Source: Paraconexibacteraceae bacterium
GTDB lineage: Bacteria > Actinomycetota > Thermoleophilia > Solirubrobacterales > Solirubrobacteraceae
Direction of reading: 5' to 3'
Assembly: GCA_963757775.1 (NCBI GenBank)
Contig: CAVWSH010000001.1
Coordinates: 494,803-558,802, forward strand
Length of the DNA stretch: 64,000 bases
Below, piece after piece: positions 1 through 8,899 of the stretch (position 1 is its first letter; every line of letters starts with the position of its first letter). The position numbers and the translations under genes are program-made. Under the pieces are notes generated by a model. The model was not told the origin of the DNA, did no database searches, and was given only the letters and a program-made list of their open reading frames with translations.

Positions 1-254
1 TCGACGTCCTGAAGATGGACAAGTCCTTCGTCGACGACCTCTCCAGCGGCGACCAGCGCACCGCCCTGGCCGGCACCATCGCCGGCCTGGCCCGGACGCT
101 GAGCATGACCGTGGTCGCGGAGGGCATCGAGCGCCCCGAGCAGGCCGACATGCTGCACGCCATGGAATGCGAGCTGGGCCAGGGCTACCTCTTCGCGCCC
201 CCGCTGCACCCCGAGGCGTTCGGGCAGCTGCTCGTCGCGCGCTGCGCGGCCTGA
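1..254 (+). CDS. EAL-domain (c-di-GMP phosphodiesterase-type) protein, C-terminal fragment; 5' end lies outside the window
   Basis: The frame is open to the window edge. The tail ...MTVVAEGIERPEQADMLHAMECELGQGYLFAPP matches the conserved AEG[VI]E...QGY[LF]F block at the end of EAL domains. Confidence 0.7.
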   Translation, partial: DVLKMDKSFVDDLSSGDQRTALAGTIAGLARTLSMTVVAEGIERPEQADMLHAMECELGQGYLFAPPLHPEAFGQLLVARCAA

Positions 255-586
255 GTCGTCCGCCGGCGCCGTTCGTCCGCCGGCGCGCGCTGCTCTGCGC
301 GGCGCAAACAGCATCACCGAGGGAAGGAAGTGAGCTCGGCGCGGCCGCTCGCGGTCGTCCTCGCGCGCCGCTCGCCGCCATCCGCCCGAACCACTGCGGA
401 TTACGTCCGGAAACCGAACGCAAACCACAGTGGTTCGCGCACCAGCGCTCCCGGGCCCCGCCCGCGCCCCGAGCACCGCAACCTCTCTCTCCCTCATCGC
501 GGCCGTAAACGCCGCGCAGCACCACGCACGCAAAGCGCCAGAACGGAGACCGCGTTCGAACCCGAACAAGGCCCACACGAAGCCAT

Positions 587-628
587 TTGATCGATCAAGA
601 CTTGATCGATACAGTCTTGAACGATTCA
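587..628 (+). promoter_or_regulatory. Three 15-bp-phased dyad sites (TTGATCGATCAA / TTGATCGATACA / TTGAACGATTCA) ending 2 nt before the LacI-family start codon; putative operator/promoter
   Basis: Read directly at 587-598, 602-613 and 617-628. The first site is a perfect 12-bp palindrome. The stretch also reads as -35 TTGATC, 17 nt, -10 TACAGT. It is an AT-rich island in GC-rich DNA. Confidence 0.5.
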
Positions 629-629
629 G

Positions 630-1703
630 ATGGCAGCCCGCACCTCACACGCCCCCACCCTCGCCGATGTCGCCGAGCGTCTCGGCGTCTCGCGCACGAC
701 GGTCTCCAACGCCTACAACCGGCCCGACCAGCTCAGCCCCACGCTGCGCGAGCGCGTGCTCAGCGCCGCGCGCGACCTGGGCTACACCGGCCCGGATCCC
801 GTCGCGCGCTCGCTGCGCCGCGGCAAGGCCGGCTCGCTGGGTCTCGTCTTCGACCACCGGCTGCGCTACATCTTCGACGACCCCGCCGCGGTGCTGTTCC
901 TCTCCGGCGTCGCCGCCGGCTGCGAGGAGCAGGGCACGGGGCTGGCGCTCGTCCCGCAGCTGCCCGAGGGCGCGGCCGAGCTGGTCCGCTCGGCGCTCGT
1001 CGACGGCTACGTCATGTTCTGCACGCCGGAGAACGACGAGCGCCTCGAGGCGGTCCGCGCGCGCGGGCTGCCCTACGTCCTCGTCGACTTCTCGCCCTAC
1101 GTCGACGGCCCGCGCGTGAACATCGACGACCGCGGGGGCGCGCGGGCGGTGGCCCAGCACCTCGTCGACCTCGGCCACCGCCGCTTCGGCCTCGTCGTCC
1201 CCTACGAGGACGGCGCGACCGACGCGGACACGGCCACCGAGATCTCCGATCCGAGGCGCACCGAGGACCGCACGCGCTGGCGCTGCTTCATCCGCCACGA
1301 GCGGCTGCTCGGCTGGCGCGACCCGCTCGTCGCCGCCGGGATCGACTGGTCCGGCGTGCCGGTCGGCAGCTCACCCGAAGGCGATGCGGAGTCCGGCTAC
1401 CGCGCCGCCGCGCCGCTGCTCGACCGCGCCGATCGGCCCACCGCGATCATCTGCCTCTCCGACGTGCTCGCCCTGGGCGTCATGCGCGCCGCGCAGGAGC
1501 GCGGCATCCGCATGCCCCAGGACCTGAGCGTCGTCGGCTATGACGACATCGCCGCCGCCGGCGCGGCGAAGCTCACCACCGTCCACCAGCCGCACGCCGC
1601 CAAGGGCGAGGAGGCGGTGCGCCTGCTCACCGCCGGCGGCGACGACGTCGTCCTCCCCACCGACCTCGTGGTCCGCGCCTCGAGCGGACCCGCTCCGAGC
1701 TGA
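630..1703 (+). CDS. LacI family transcriptional regulator
   Basis: N-terminal HTH PTLADVAERLGVSRTTVSNAYN followed by a periplasmic-binding-fold sugar-binding domain; 357 aa. Confidence 0.9.
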   Translation: MAARTSHAPTLADVAERLGVSRTTVSNAYNRPDQLSPTLRERVLSAARDLGYTGPDPVARSLRRGKAGSLGLVFDHRLRYIFDDPAAVLFLSGVAAGCEEQGTGLALVPQLPEGAAELVRSALVDGYVMFCTPENDERLEAVRARGLPYVLVDFSPYVDGPRVNIDDRGGARAVAQHLVDLGHRRFGLVVPYEDGATDADTATEISDPRRTEDRTRWRCFIRHERLLGWRDPLVAAGIDWSGVPVGSSPEGDAESGYRAAAPLLDRADRPTAIICLSDVLALGVMRAAQERGIRMPQDLSVVGYDDIAAAGAAKLTTVHQPHAAKGEEAVRLLTAGGDDVVLPTDLVVRASSGPAPS

Positions 1704-1722
1704 CACGAAAGGAGCTCACGAC

Positions 1723-1923
1723 ATGCTCGACATGTTCGTCAACGCCCGCATCGCCCGTGACCTCACCGCGCGGCAGTTCGCCGCCGGCCCGCGCCGAGGC
1801 GTCCGCGCCACCGCGCCCGAGGCCAGCGCGCCGCGCGCTCCCGTCCGCCGCGGCCTCGTGCTCGTGCTGCGCCGGCTGGCCGACCGCCTCGAGCCCGCCC
1901 CGCGCTGCGCCCCGCAGTCCTGA
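1723..1923 (+). CDS. Small hypothetical protein (66 aa)
   Basis: ATG at 1723 is preceded by AAAGGAG (1708-1714). There is no recognisable domain and the sequence is Arg/Ala rich, so it is uncertain. Confidence 0.35.
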   Translation: MLDMFVNARIARDLTARQFAAGPRRGVRATAPEASAPRAPVRRGLVLVLRRLADRLEPAPRCAPQS

Positions 1924-1958
1924 GGGCGCCGAGCGCCATGTAGGGTCCGGTCCGTCGC

Positions 1959-3131
1959 ATGGCGGACCGGACGGTCGACATCCTCCTCGTCGGCGGTGGC
2001 ATCGCCTCGGCGACCGCCGCGCACACGCTGCGCGAGCAGGGCTTCGACGGCTCGATCCTCCTCGTCGGGCGCGAGCCGCACCCGCCCTATCACCGGCCGC
2101 CGGCCTCCAAGGAGTACCTGCGCGGCGAGCACGGCGCCGAAGGTGCCCACGTGCACCCCGCCGACTGGTGGGAGGCCAACGGCGTCGAGCTGCTCACGCG
2201 CACGAGCGTCCTGGACCTCGACACGCAGGCGCGCACCGCGAAGCTCTCGACCAAGGAGGAGGTCGGCTTCGACCGCGCCCTGGTCGCCACCGGGGCGATG
2301 GTCCGCCGCCTGGCGGTCGAGGGCGCACAGCTCGAGGGCGTGCACTACCTGCGCGCCCTGGGCAACGCCGATGGCATCCGCCAGGAGACCGAGGGCGCCG
2401 AGCACGTCGTGTGCGTGGGCGGCTCCTACATCGCCTCCGAGGTCGCCGCCTCGCTGACCGAGCTCGGCCGCAGCGTCACCATGGTCATGCTCGAGGAGCA
2501 TCCGCTGGAGCGCGGCTTCGGCCCCACGGCCGGGCGCTTCTTCCGCCGCGTGCTCGAGGAGCACGGCGTCGAGGTCATCGGCGGCGACGAGGTCGCCCGC
2601 TTCGAGGGCGACGAGCGCGTGGAGCGCGTCGTCACCCAGAGCGGACGCGAGCTCGCGGCCCAGGCCGTCATCTGCGGCGTGGGAGCGACGCCCGACGTCA
2701 TGCTCGCGCGCAAGGCGGGCCTGACCCTCGGCGAGCTGGGCGGGGTGCTGTGCGACAGCCGCCTGCGCACCTCGGCGGAGGGCATCCTCGCCGCGGGCGA
2801 CATGTGCGAGTACGACTCCGTCGTCCACGGGCGCGTGGTGCGCATCGAGCACGAGGAGGCGGCGGCGGCCCAGGGCGCCACCGCGGCGCGCAACATGCTG
2901 GGCGCCGACGTCCCGCACGACGAGGTCCCCTACTTCTTCTCCGACCTCTCCGACTGGACCTCGCTGGAATACCTCGGCCCGGCCCTCAGCTGGGACGACG
3001 AGCAGGTCGAGGGGTCGGTCGACGACGGCGCGTTCGCGGTCTGGTACCGAGAGGGCGACCGCGTGCGGGCGATGCTGAGCGTCGGCGGCGCCGGCGATCT
3101 CGAGCGCGCCCGCGAGCTCATCAAGGGCTGA
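1959..3131 (+). CDS. FAD/NAD(P)-binding pyridine nucleotide-disulfide oxidoreductase (ferredoxin-reductase/AIF-like)
   Basis: Two Rossmann motifs ([14 protein letters not shown] and [14 protein letters not shown]), a distal ILAAGD motif, 390 aa. Confidence 0.85.
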   Translation: MADRTVDILLVGGGIASATAAHTLREQGFDGSILLVGREPHPPYHRPPASKEYLRGEHGAEGAHVHPADWWEANGVELLTRTSVLDLDTQARTAKLSTKEEVGFDRALVATGAMVRRLAVEGAQLEGVHYLRALGNADGIRQETEGAEHVVCVGGSYIASEVAASLTELGRSVTMVMLEEHPLERGFGPTAGRFFRRVLEEHGVEVIGGDEVARFEGDERVERVVTQSGRELAAQAVICGVGATPDVMLARKAGLTLGELGGVLCDSRLRTSAEGILAAGDMCEYDSVVHGRVVRIEHEEAAAAQGATAARNMLGADVPHDEVPYFFSDLSDWTSLEYLGPALSWDDEQVEGSVDDGAFAVWYREGDRVRAMLSVGGAGDLERARELIKG

Positions 3132-3149
3132 CCCCGCCAGCCCCTGGGC

Positions 3150-3199
3150 GTCGAACGTCGGTCTTCCCCCCTCTCCAGGGGGCAGGACCGACGTTCGAC
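3150..3199. repeat. 50-bp palindromic intergenic element, copy 1
   Basis: GTCGAACGTCGGTC-TTCCCCCCTCTCCAGGGGGCAG-GACCGACGTTCGAC, starting 18 nt after the stop at 3131. Confidence 0.9.
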
Positions 3200-3210
3200 G
3201 CCTCGGAGTC

Positions 3211-3239
3211 TTGACAGGCGATCGGTAACGATATATCGT
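3211..3239 (+). promoter_or_regulatory. Putative promoter with a perfect 12-bp AT-rich palindrome upstream of the PadR gene
   Basis: TTGACA at 3211-3216. ACGATATATCGT (3228-3239) overlaps the expected -10 position. AAGGAG lies 6-7 nt before the ATG at 3279. Confidence 0.45.
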
Positions 3240-3278
3240 GATGGGTGCCAAACAGTTTCTGATATAAGGAGATAGGCG

Positions 3279-3998
3279 ATGACAGCTATCGCTACCACAC
3301 CCTGGGCAGGTCCTCTGCCCCACCACGAGCCGCGCGCGGGCAAGCGCCGCGCCGGCAAGAAGCACCGGGCCGGCAAGGTCCTGGTCGGCGCCGCCCTGAT
3401 GCGCGCCATGGCCGAGGGCCGGCGCCGCCACGGCGGCCACCGCGGCTACGGTCCGGGACACGGCTGGACCGGCCCCGGCCCCTTCGGCCCGGGCGGCTTC
3501 GGCCCCTTCGGCCGCGGCGGGCGCGGCAAGCGCGCGCGCCGCGGGGACGTCCGCGCAGCCGTCCTGCTCCTGCTCGAGGAGGAGCCGCGCAACGGCTACC
3601 AGCTCATGCAGGAGCTCGAGGAGCGCAGCGGCGGCGTCTGGCGCCCGAGCCCCGGCTCGATCTACCCCGCGCTCTCGCAGCTCGAGGACGAGGGGCTGGT
3701 GCGCAGCGACGAGAACGCCGGCCGGCGAGCCTTCCAGCTCACCGACGCGGGCCGCGCCTACCTCGAGGAGAATCGCGAGGCGCTCGGCAGCCCCTGGGAC
3801 GAGGTCGGCGGCGACCTGCCCGAGGGCCTGCTCGAGCTGCGCAGGCTGATGATGCAGCTGGGCATGGCCACCATGCAGGTGGCCCAGGCCGGCGACGAGG
3901 CCCAGACCGCCGAGGCCCGCAAGGTCCTCGAGGACGCCCGCCGCTCGCTGTACCGGATCCTCGCCGGCGACGCCGGCGACGAGCCCGCGGCGGACTAG
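3279..3998 (+). CDS. PadR family transcriptional regulator with a Gly/Arg-rich N-terminal extension
   Basis: Winged-helix block EEEPRNGYQLMQELEERSGGVWRPSPGSIYPALSQLEDEGLV. Strong SD (AAGGAG) before 3279. Confidence 0.8.
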   Translation: MTAIATTPWAGPLPHHEPRAGKRRAGKKHRAGKVLVGAALMRAMAEGRRRHGGHRGYGPGHGWTGPGPFGPGGFGPFGRGGRGKRARRGDVRAAVLLLLEEEPRNGYQLMQELEERSGGVWRPSPGSIYPALSQLEDEGLVRSDENAGRRAFQLTDAGRAYLEENREALGSPWDEVGGDLPEGLLELRRLMMQLGMATMQVAQAGDEAQTAEARKVLEDARRSLYRILAGDAGDEPAAD

Positions 3999-4861
3999 CG
4001 GTCCCGCGCGGCGCGCCCTCTCCCCCACAACGCGCCGCGCAGCGCCCGCCGCCGCGCCTCCAGCGTGCGCCGCGGGCGCAGCTGCTCGGCCAGCGCGCCG
4101 GCCGCCAGCCACGGCAGGCCGGCGCGCGCCGCGCGCTCCAGCGCGCGGCGCTTGTGCGGCGCGATGTGCGGGGCGCGCTCGAGCAGCGTGCGCGCCCACA
4201 GCCGCGGGCGCTCGAGATGGCGCTCGCGGTCGCGCGCGGCGCGCACGGCCTGCGGCTCGCCGCTGGAGCGCTCGCCGGGCCGGCGGCGCCGCGACCAGCC
4301 GACGACGTTCGCGTCGTGCTGGACGTAGTCGACCAGCGCGCGATCGACGTAGGCCAGCTCGCCGAGGGCCAGGGCACAGACCGCGAGCCAATGGTCGTGG
4401 AAGGCGCCGTCGAGCTCGGCCGGGAAGGGCAGCGCCACGTCGAGCACCTCGCGACGCACGAGGCAGGCCGCGCCGGTGACGACGTTCGTCTGCAGCTCGG
4501 CCCCCAGGTCGTCCCAGGTCGCCACCCGGTCGGTCCAGTACGTCGGCGAGACGACCGCTCCCGTGCCGTCGACGATCCGCAGGTCGCAGAAGGCCAGGGT
4601 GGCGCCGCCGGCGAGCGCGGCGGAGAGGGTCGCGAGCTTCGACGGATGCCAGACGTCGTCCTGGTCGCACGGCGCCACGAGGTCGGCCTCGCGCCCGACG
4701 CGCGCGTAGCAGCGCTCGAACGCCCGCCACGGACCCGAGGCCTGCTCGTCGTCCTCGCGCACGAGCGTCCAGGCGACGTCGCGCTGGGCGTCCAGCGAGG
4801 CCAGCTGGCGCTCGAGGCGAGCCGGCTGGGGGCGGTGGACGGCGAGGCAGACCGCGATCAC
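3995..4861 (-). CDS. Glycosyltransferase family 2-like protein
   Basis: VIAVCLAVHRP...LASLDAQ...APCDQDDVWHPSKL...(DxD-like QDD) fits the GT-A fold pattern. I chose the GTG at 4861 because the longer ORF (to 5413) runs antisense through better genes. Confidence 0.65.
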   Translation of the reverse strand: MIAVCLAVHRPQPARLERQLASLDAQRDVAWTLVREDDEQASGPWRAFERCYARVGREADLVAPCDQDDVWHPSKLATLSAALAGGATLAFCDLRIVDGTGAVVSPTYWTDRVATWDDLGAELQTNVVTGAACLVRREVLDVALPFPAELDGAFHDHWLAVCALALGELAYVDRALVDYVQHDANVVGWSRRRRPGERSSGEPQAVRAARDRERHLERPRLWARTLLERAPHIAPHKRRALERAARAGLPWLAAGALAEQLRPRRTLEARRRALRGALWGRGRAARDR

Positions 4862-4903
4862 GCCCGTAGGATCGCGCGGCCGCGCTCCGCGCCGCAGTAA
4901 CGT

Positions 4904-5149
4904 TTGCGCATGGCGGACGAAGTCAACCTGATCGGCCCCGACGAGCCGGCCTTTCATCTCGAGCTCACCGCCGCGCAGCTGAAGGTGACGCACACGGCGC
5001 TCAAGGCGCTGCACGACGACCTCGGCCATGAGGAGCGCGACGTCCGGGGCGTCGTGCGCGAGGTCCTCTCCAAGCTCCCGGGCGACCACGAGATCCGCGC
5101 GATCGACCTCAAGCGCGAACTCGCGCGCCGGGGCGACACCGCCGTCTAG
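4904..5149 (+). CDS. Hypothetical protein (81 aa)
   Basis: Balanced, non-shadow composition (MADEVNLIGPDEPAFHLELTAAQLKVTHTALKALHDDLGHEERD...). No domain recognised. Confidence 0.45.
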   Translation: MRMADEVNLIGPDEPAFHLELTAAQLKVTHTALKALHDDLGHEERDVRGVVREVLSKLPGDHEIRAIDLKRELARRGDTAV

Positions 5150-5198
5150 ACAACGCTTGCGCGCATGCCGGCGCGCCGCCGCGGGAAGGCCGTCGGCC

Positions 5199-6653
5199 AT
5201 GGCAGCCAGCGCCGGCGAGACCATCACGACGCGCATCCCGGGCCGGATGGACCGGTTGCCCTGGAGCCGATGGCACTGGCTGGTGGTCATCGGCCTCGGC
5301 ACGGTGTGGATCCTCGACGGCGTCGAGGTCACGATCGTCGGGGCGATCGCCAGCCGCCTGCAGGACAAGCAGACGCTCGGCCTCAGCGCCTTCGACATCG
5401 CCTTCGGCGGCACGTGCTACATCATCGGCGCTGCGATCGGAGCGGTCGGCTTCGGCTACCTCACGGATCGCCTCGGGCGCAAGAAGCTCTTCATCGTCAC
5501 GCTCGCCGTGTACCTGGCCGCGACGGTGGCGACCGCGTTCACCTGGAGCGCCGCGTCCTTCTGGGTCTTCCGGGCGCTGACCGGCCTGGGCATCGGCGGC
5601 GAGTACGCGGCGATCAACTCCGCCATCGACGAGCTCATCCCCGCCCGCGCCCGCGGCTGGGTCGATCTCGCCATCAACGGCTCGTACTGGCTCGGGGCCG
5701 CCGCCGGGGCCGCGCTGTCCTTCGTGCTGCTGGACAAGAGCATCTTCTCGATCGACCTCGGCTGGCGGCTGGCCTTCGGACTCGGCGCGGTCATGGGCCT
5801 GGCCATCATGTTCGTGCGGCGCAACGTGCCCGAGAGCCCCCGGTGGCTGACCATCCACGGCCACGAGGAGGAGGCCGAGCGGCTCGTCAGCTCGATCGAG
5901 GAGCGCGTCAAGCGCGAGACCGGCAAGCGCGAGCTCGACGACCCCGGCGATGAGATCGAGATCGAGCCGCGAAACGCGACCAACGTCTTCGAGATCGCGC
6001 GCACGCTGTTCAAGCGCTATCCGCGGCGCTCGACCCTGGGCTTCACGCTCATGGCCACCCAGGCCTTCATCTACAACGCCGTCATCTTCACCTTCTCGAT
6101 CGTCCTGACCACGTTCTTCAAGGTCTCGGACTCGGATGCGCCCGCCTATCTGATTCCGTTCGGGATCGCCAACTTCGCGGGCGCGCTGCTGCTCGGCCGG
6201 CTGTTCGACACGGTCGGACGGCGCCCGATGATCGCCGGCACCTACCTGGTCTCCGCCATCGGCCTGTTCGCGCTCGGGCTGCTGTTCAACAACGGCACCC
6301 TCGGCCTCGCGGGCTTCATGGTCCTGCTCTGCGCGACGTTCTTCTTCGCGTCGGCGGCGGCGTCGGCCGGCTACCTGACGGTCAGCGAGGTCTTCCCCCT
6401 GGAGACGCGGGCCATGGCCATCGCGCTGTTCTACGCGATCTCGACCGGGATCGGCGGCGGGGTCGGGCCTGTGCTCTTCGGCAGCCTCCTCGGGGCCGGC
6501 GACAAGGGCAGCCTCTTCCTCGGCTACGCGATCGCGTCGGTCCTCATGCTCGTGGCCGCGGTGGTGGCCTGGATGTGGGGCGTCGACGCCGAGCAGGAGT
6601 CGCTCGAGGAGATCGCCGAGCCTCTCTCGGCGACGTCCGCGGAGGCGGCATGA
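5199..6653 (+). CDS. MFS transporter (sugar-porter/metabolite:H+ symporter-like)
   Basis: GGAAGG SD before the ATG at 5199. About 12 TM segments, DRLGRKK loop motif, PESPRWL motif. Confidence 0.85.
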   Translation: MAASAGETITTRIPGRMDRLPWSRWHWLVVIGLGTVWILDGVEVTIVGAIASRLQDKQTLGLSAFDIAFGGTCYIIGAAIGAVGFGYLTDRLGRKKLFIVTLAVYLAATVATAFTWSAASFWVFRALTGLGIGGEYAAINSAIDELIPARARGWVDLAINGSYWLGAAAGAALSFVLLDKSIFSIDLGWRLAFGLGAVMGLAIMFVRRNVPESPRWLTIHGHEEEAERLVSSIEERVKRETGKRELDDPGDEIEIEPRNATNVFEIARTLFKRYPRRSTLGFTLMATQAFIYNAVIFTFSIVLTTFFKVSDSDAPAYLIPFGIANFAGALLLGRLFDTVGRRPMIAGTYLVSAIGLFALGLLFNNGTLGLAGFMVLLCATFFFASAAASAGYLTVSEVFPLETRAMAIALFYAISTGIGGGVGPVLFGSLLGAGDKGSLFLGYAIASVLMLVAAVVAWMWGVDAEQESLEEIAEPLSATSAEAA

Positions 6654-6901
6654 GCCGGCACGTGTGGTCCCCCGGGCCGCTCGCCTCGGGCGCTGTGGAA
6701 CCGGCCGGTCTCGCCGAGCGCGAAGCCGACTTGATCGTCTCCGTCCTGCGCCGCGAGGGTCCGCTCGACGCGCGGACGCTGCGCAGGCGCGTCGAGGCGC
6801 GCCTGTGGGGGCCGGGCCGCTACGGCCCCGCCCTGCGGCGCGCCGTGCGCGATGGCCGCGTGCGCCGGCTCGGCCGGCGCACCTGGGCCGCCGTCGACTG
6901 A
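6650..6901 (+). CDS. Hypothetical protein (83 aa), start overlaps the MFS stop (ATGA)
   Basis: ATG at 6650 overlaps TGA at 6651-6653. Arg-rich; possibly winged-helix. Weak support. Confidence 0.35.
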   Translation: MSRHVWSPGPLASGAVEPAGLAEREADLIVSVLRREGPLDARTLRRRVEARLWGPGRYGPALRRAVRDGRVRRLGRRTWAAVD

Positions 6902-6989
6902 GAGAACGTCCGGCTTCGGCCGCGGGGACCCGCCTTCGGCGGCCTGTCTGCGTCCGGTCGGCCTGCGCCAGCGAGCCGCCCCCGGCGCC

Positions 6990-7364
6990 CTAACCGAGCT
7001 CGACGCCGCGCTCGGCGAGCAGGGCCCGGACGCCGTCCGGAGGATGGCCGGCGAACTCGGCCCGGGCGGCCAGTGCGAGCAGCTCGTGGGGCTCCTCGTC
7101 CACCTCGTCGCGCCGGAAGGCCAGATAGGTCGCGACCGCCGCGGCGAGCTGCACGGCCGGGTCCTCGGCCTGCGGGTCCAGCTTGCCGGCCTCCTCGGCG
7201 ATGCGCTGGGCGGCGATCTCCGCGCCATAGCTGCCGACCGGCTCGTCGTCGTCCTCGAAGCGCTCCAGGAGGTCCTCGATGCCGGCCACGCCCTCGGGGT
7301 CGACGGCGACGACGGCGCGGTGGACGATGGCGGCGAGGGTGACGGGTGCGGGGTCGGTGGGCAT
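6990..7364 (-). CDS. Hypothetical acidic protein (124 aa)
   Basis: The ORF has protein-like acidic composition. No domain recognised. Confidence 0.5.
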   Translation of the reverse strand: MPTDPAPVTLAAIVHRAVVAVDPEGVAGIEDLLERFEDDDEPVGSYGAEIAAQRIAEEAGKLDPQAEDPAVQLAAAVATYLAFRRDEVDEEPHELLALAARAEFAGHPPDGVRALLAERGVELG

Positions 7365-7413
7365 CCTCGTCAGGTTCCCGCGTGACGCCGCGCCAAACGG
7401 CTAGCGTGCCGGC

Positions 7414-8265
7414 ATGGCCACCATCGCCGCACTGGGCACGGGCGTCATGGGCGCTCCGATGGCCCGCAATCTCGCCCGCGCGGGCCACGAGGTCCGCGCC
7501 TGGAACCGCAGCCCGGACAAGGCGTCCGCGCTGCGCGACGACGGCGTCGACGTGCGCGACGATCCCGCCACGGCGGCGGCGGGCGCCGACGTCGTGCTGA
7601 CCATGCTGTCCGATGCCGACGCCGTGCTCGACGTCGCGCGCCGCGCGCAGCTCGCCGAGGGGCAGGTCTGGTGGCAGGCGTCCACCATCGGCATCGAGGG
7701 CATCGAGCAGTGCGCGGCCCTCGCCCAGGAGACGGGCGCCGTGCTCGTCGATGCGCCGGTGCTCGGCACCAGGCTGCCCGCCGAGGAGGGCAAGCTCGTG
7801 GTCCTGGCCTCCGGCCCGGACTCCGCGCTGGACACCCTGAGTCCGCTCTTCGAGGCCGTCGGGCAGCGGGCCATGCGCCTCGGCCCGGCGGGCACGGCGA
7901 CGCGCTTGAAGCTGGCCGTCAACCTGTGGGTCCTGGCCGTGACCCAGGGCACGGCGGAGACGATCGCCTTCGCGCAGTCGCTGGGCGTCGAGCCGCAATG
8001 GGTCCTCGAGGCGCTGGAGGGCGGCGCGCTGGACCTGCCCTACTTCCGCATGAAGTCGAAGCTCATGCTCGACGAGGACTTCCCCGCGTCGTTCGCGCTC
8101 GCGCTGGCGGCCAAGGACGCGCGCCTGGTGGCGAGGGCCGGCGAGCGACACGGCGCGGACCTGCCGGTCGCCGCGGCCATCGCCGAGCGCTTCGCGAGGG
8201 CCACCCAGGCCGGCCACGGCGAGGAGGACATGGCCGCCACCTATCGCCTCTCGAAGCCGAGCTGA
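7414..8265 (+). CDS. NAD(P)-dependent beta-hydroxyacid dehydrogenase (3-hydroxyisobutyrate/6-phosphogluconate dehydrogenase NAD-binding family)
   Basis: N-terminal IAALGTGVMGAPMARNLARAGHEVRAWNRS Rossmann motif; 283 aa. Confidence 0.85.
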   Translation: MATIAALGTGVMGAPMARNLARAGHEVRAWNRSPDKASALRDDGVDVRDDPATAAAGADVVLTMLSDADAVLDVARRAQLAEGQVWWQASTIGIEGIEQCAALAQETGAVLVDAPVLGTRLPAEEGKLVVLASGPDSALDTLSPLFEAVGQRAMRLGPAGTATRLKLAVNLWVLAVTQGTAETIAFAQSLGVEPQWVLEALEGGALDLPYFRMKSKLMLDEDFPASFALALAAKDARLVARAGERHGADLPVAAAIAERFARATQAGHGEEDMAATYRLSKPS

Positions 8266-8268
8266 GCC

Positions 8269-8892
8269 GTGCCCGACCACGCCCACATGACCGCCTTCCT
8301 GGCGGCGGCGCTGATTCTGGCCATCACCCCCGGCCCGGGGATCTTCTACGTGCTGGCGCGCAGCCTCGGCGACGGCACCCGGGCCGGCGTGCGCTCGTCG
8401 CTGGGGACCGGCCTCGGGGGGCTGTGCCACGTCGTGGGCGCGGCCCTCGGGCTCTCCACGCTGCTGATGACCTCGGCCACCGCCTTCGAGGTCGTCCGCT
8501 ATGCGGGCGCCTGCTATCTCGTCTTCCTGGGCGTCCGCACGCTGCTCGGGCTGCGCAAGCCGGATCCCGAGACGCTGCGGGCCCGCGGCGACGGCGCCCT
8601 GCGCCAGGGCGTCCTGACCGAGCTGCTCAACCCGAAGACCGCGCTCTTCTTCCTGACCTTCCTGCCGCAGTTCGCCCAGCCCGAGCGCGGCCCCGTCGTG
8701 CTGCAGCTCCTCGCCCTCGGGACGCTCAGCGTGGTGCTCAACTCGTCGGTCGACCTCGTCGTGGCGGCGTTCGGCGGGCGGGCGCGCTCGAGGCTGCGCG
8801 CCGGGTCGCGCTGGGTGCGCCGCCAGCGGGCGCTGTCGGGCGCCGCGCTCATCGCGCTCGGCGGGTACGCCGCCGCGGCCGCGCGCCGTTAG
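8269..8892 (+). CDS. LysE/RhtB family amino-acid efflux translocator
   Basis: LILAITPGPGIFYVLARS signature, about 6 TM segments, 207 aa. Confidence 0.85.
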   Translation: MPDHAHMTAFLAAALILAITPGPGIFYVLARSLGDGTRAGVRSSLGTGLGGLCHVVGAALGLSTLLMTSATAFEVVRYAGACYLVFLGVRTLLGLRKPDPETLRARGDGALRQGVLTELLNPKTALFFLTFLPQFAQPERGPVVLQLLALGTLSVVLNSSVDLVVAAFGGRARSRLRAGSRWVRRQRALSGAALIALGGYAAAAARR

Positions 8893-8899
8893 CCCTGGC

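Noticed and set aside
387-437. 10-bp inverted repeat (CGAACCACTG ... CAGTGGTTCG, 31-nt loop) in the 375-bp gap before the first LacI gene
   Set aside because: The stem is short with a large loop, and there is no flanking signal. It could be chance. Noted only because the gap is long and gene-less.
1716-4730. 1004-aa minus-strand ORF, plus many similar long ORFs (for example 22675..24591 -, 28084..30354 -, 30853..32370 -, 32330..34495 -, 55203..57509 +, 60294..62267 +, 24718..26883 +)
   Set aside because: They are extremely Arg/Ala/Pro/Gly-rich with no motifs, and they run antisense or out of frame through genes that have clear family signatures. These are typical shadow ORFs of high-GC DNA.
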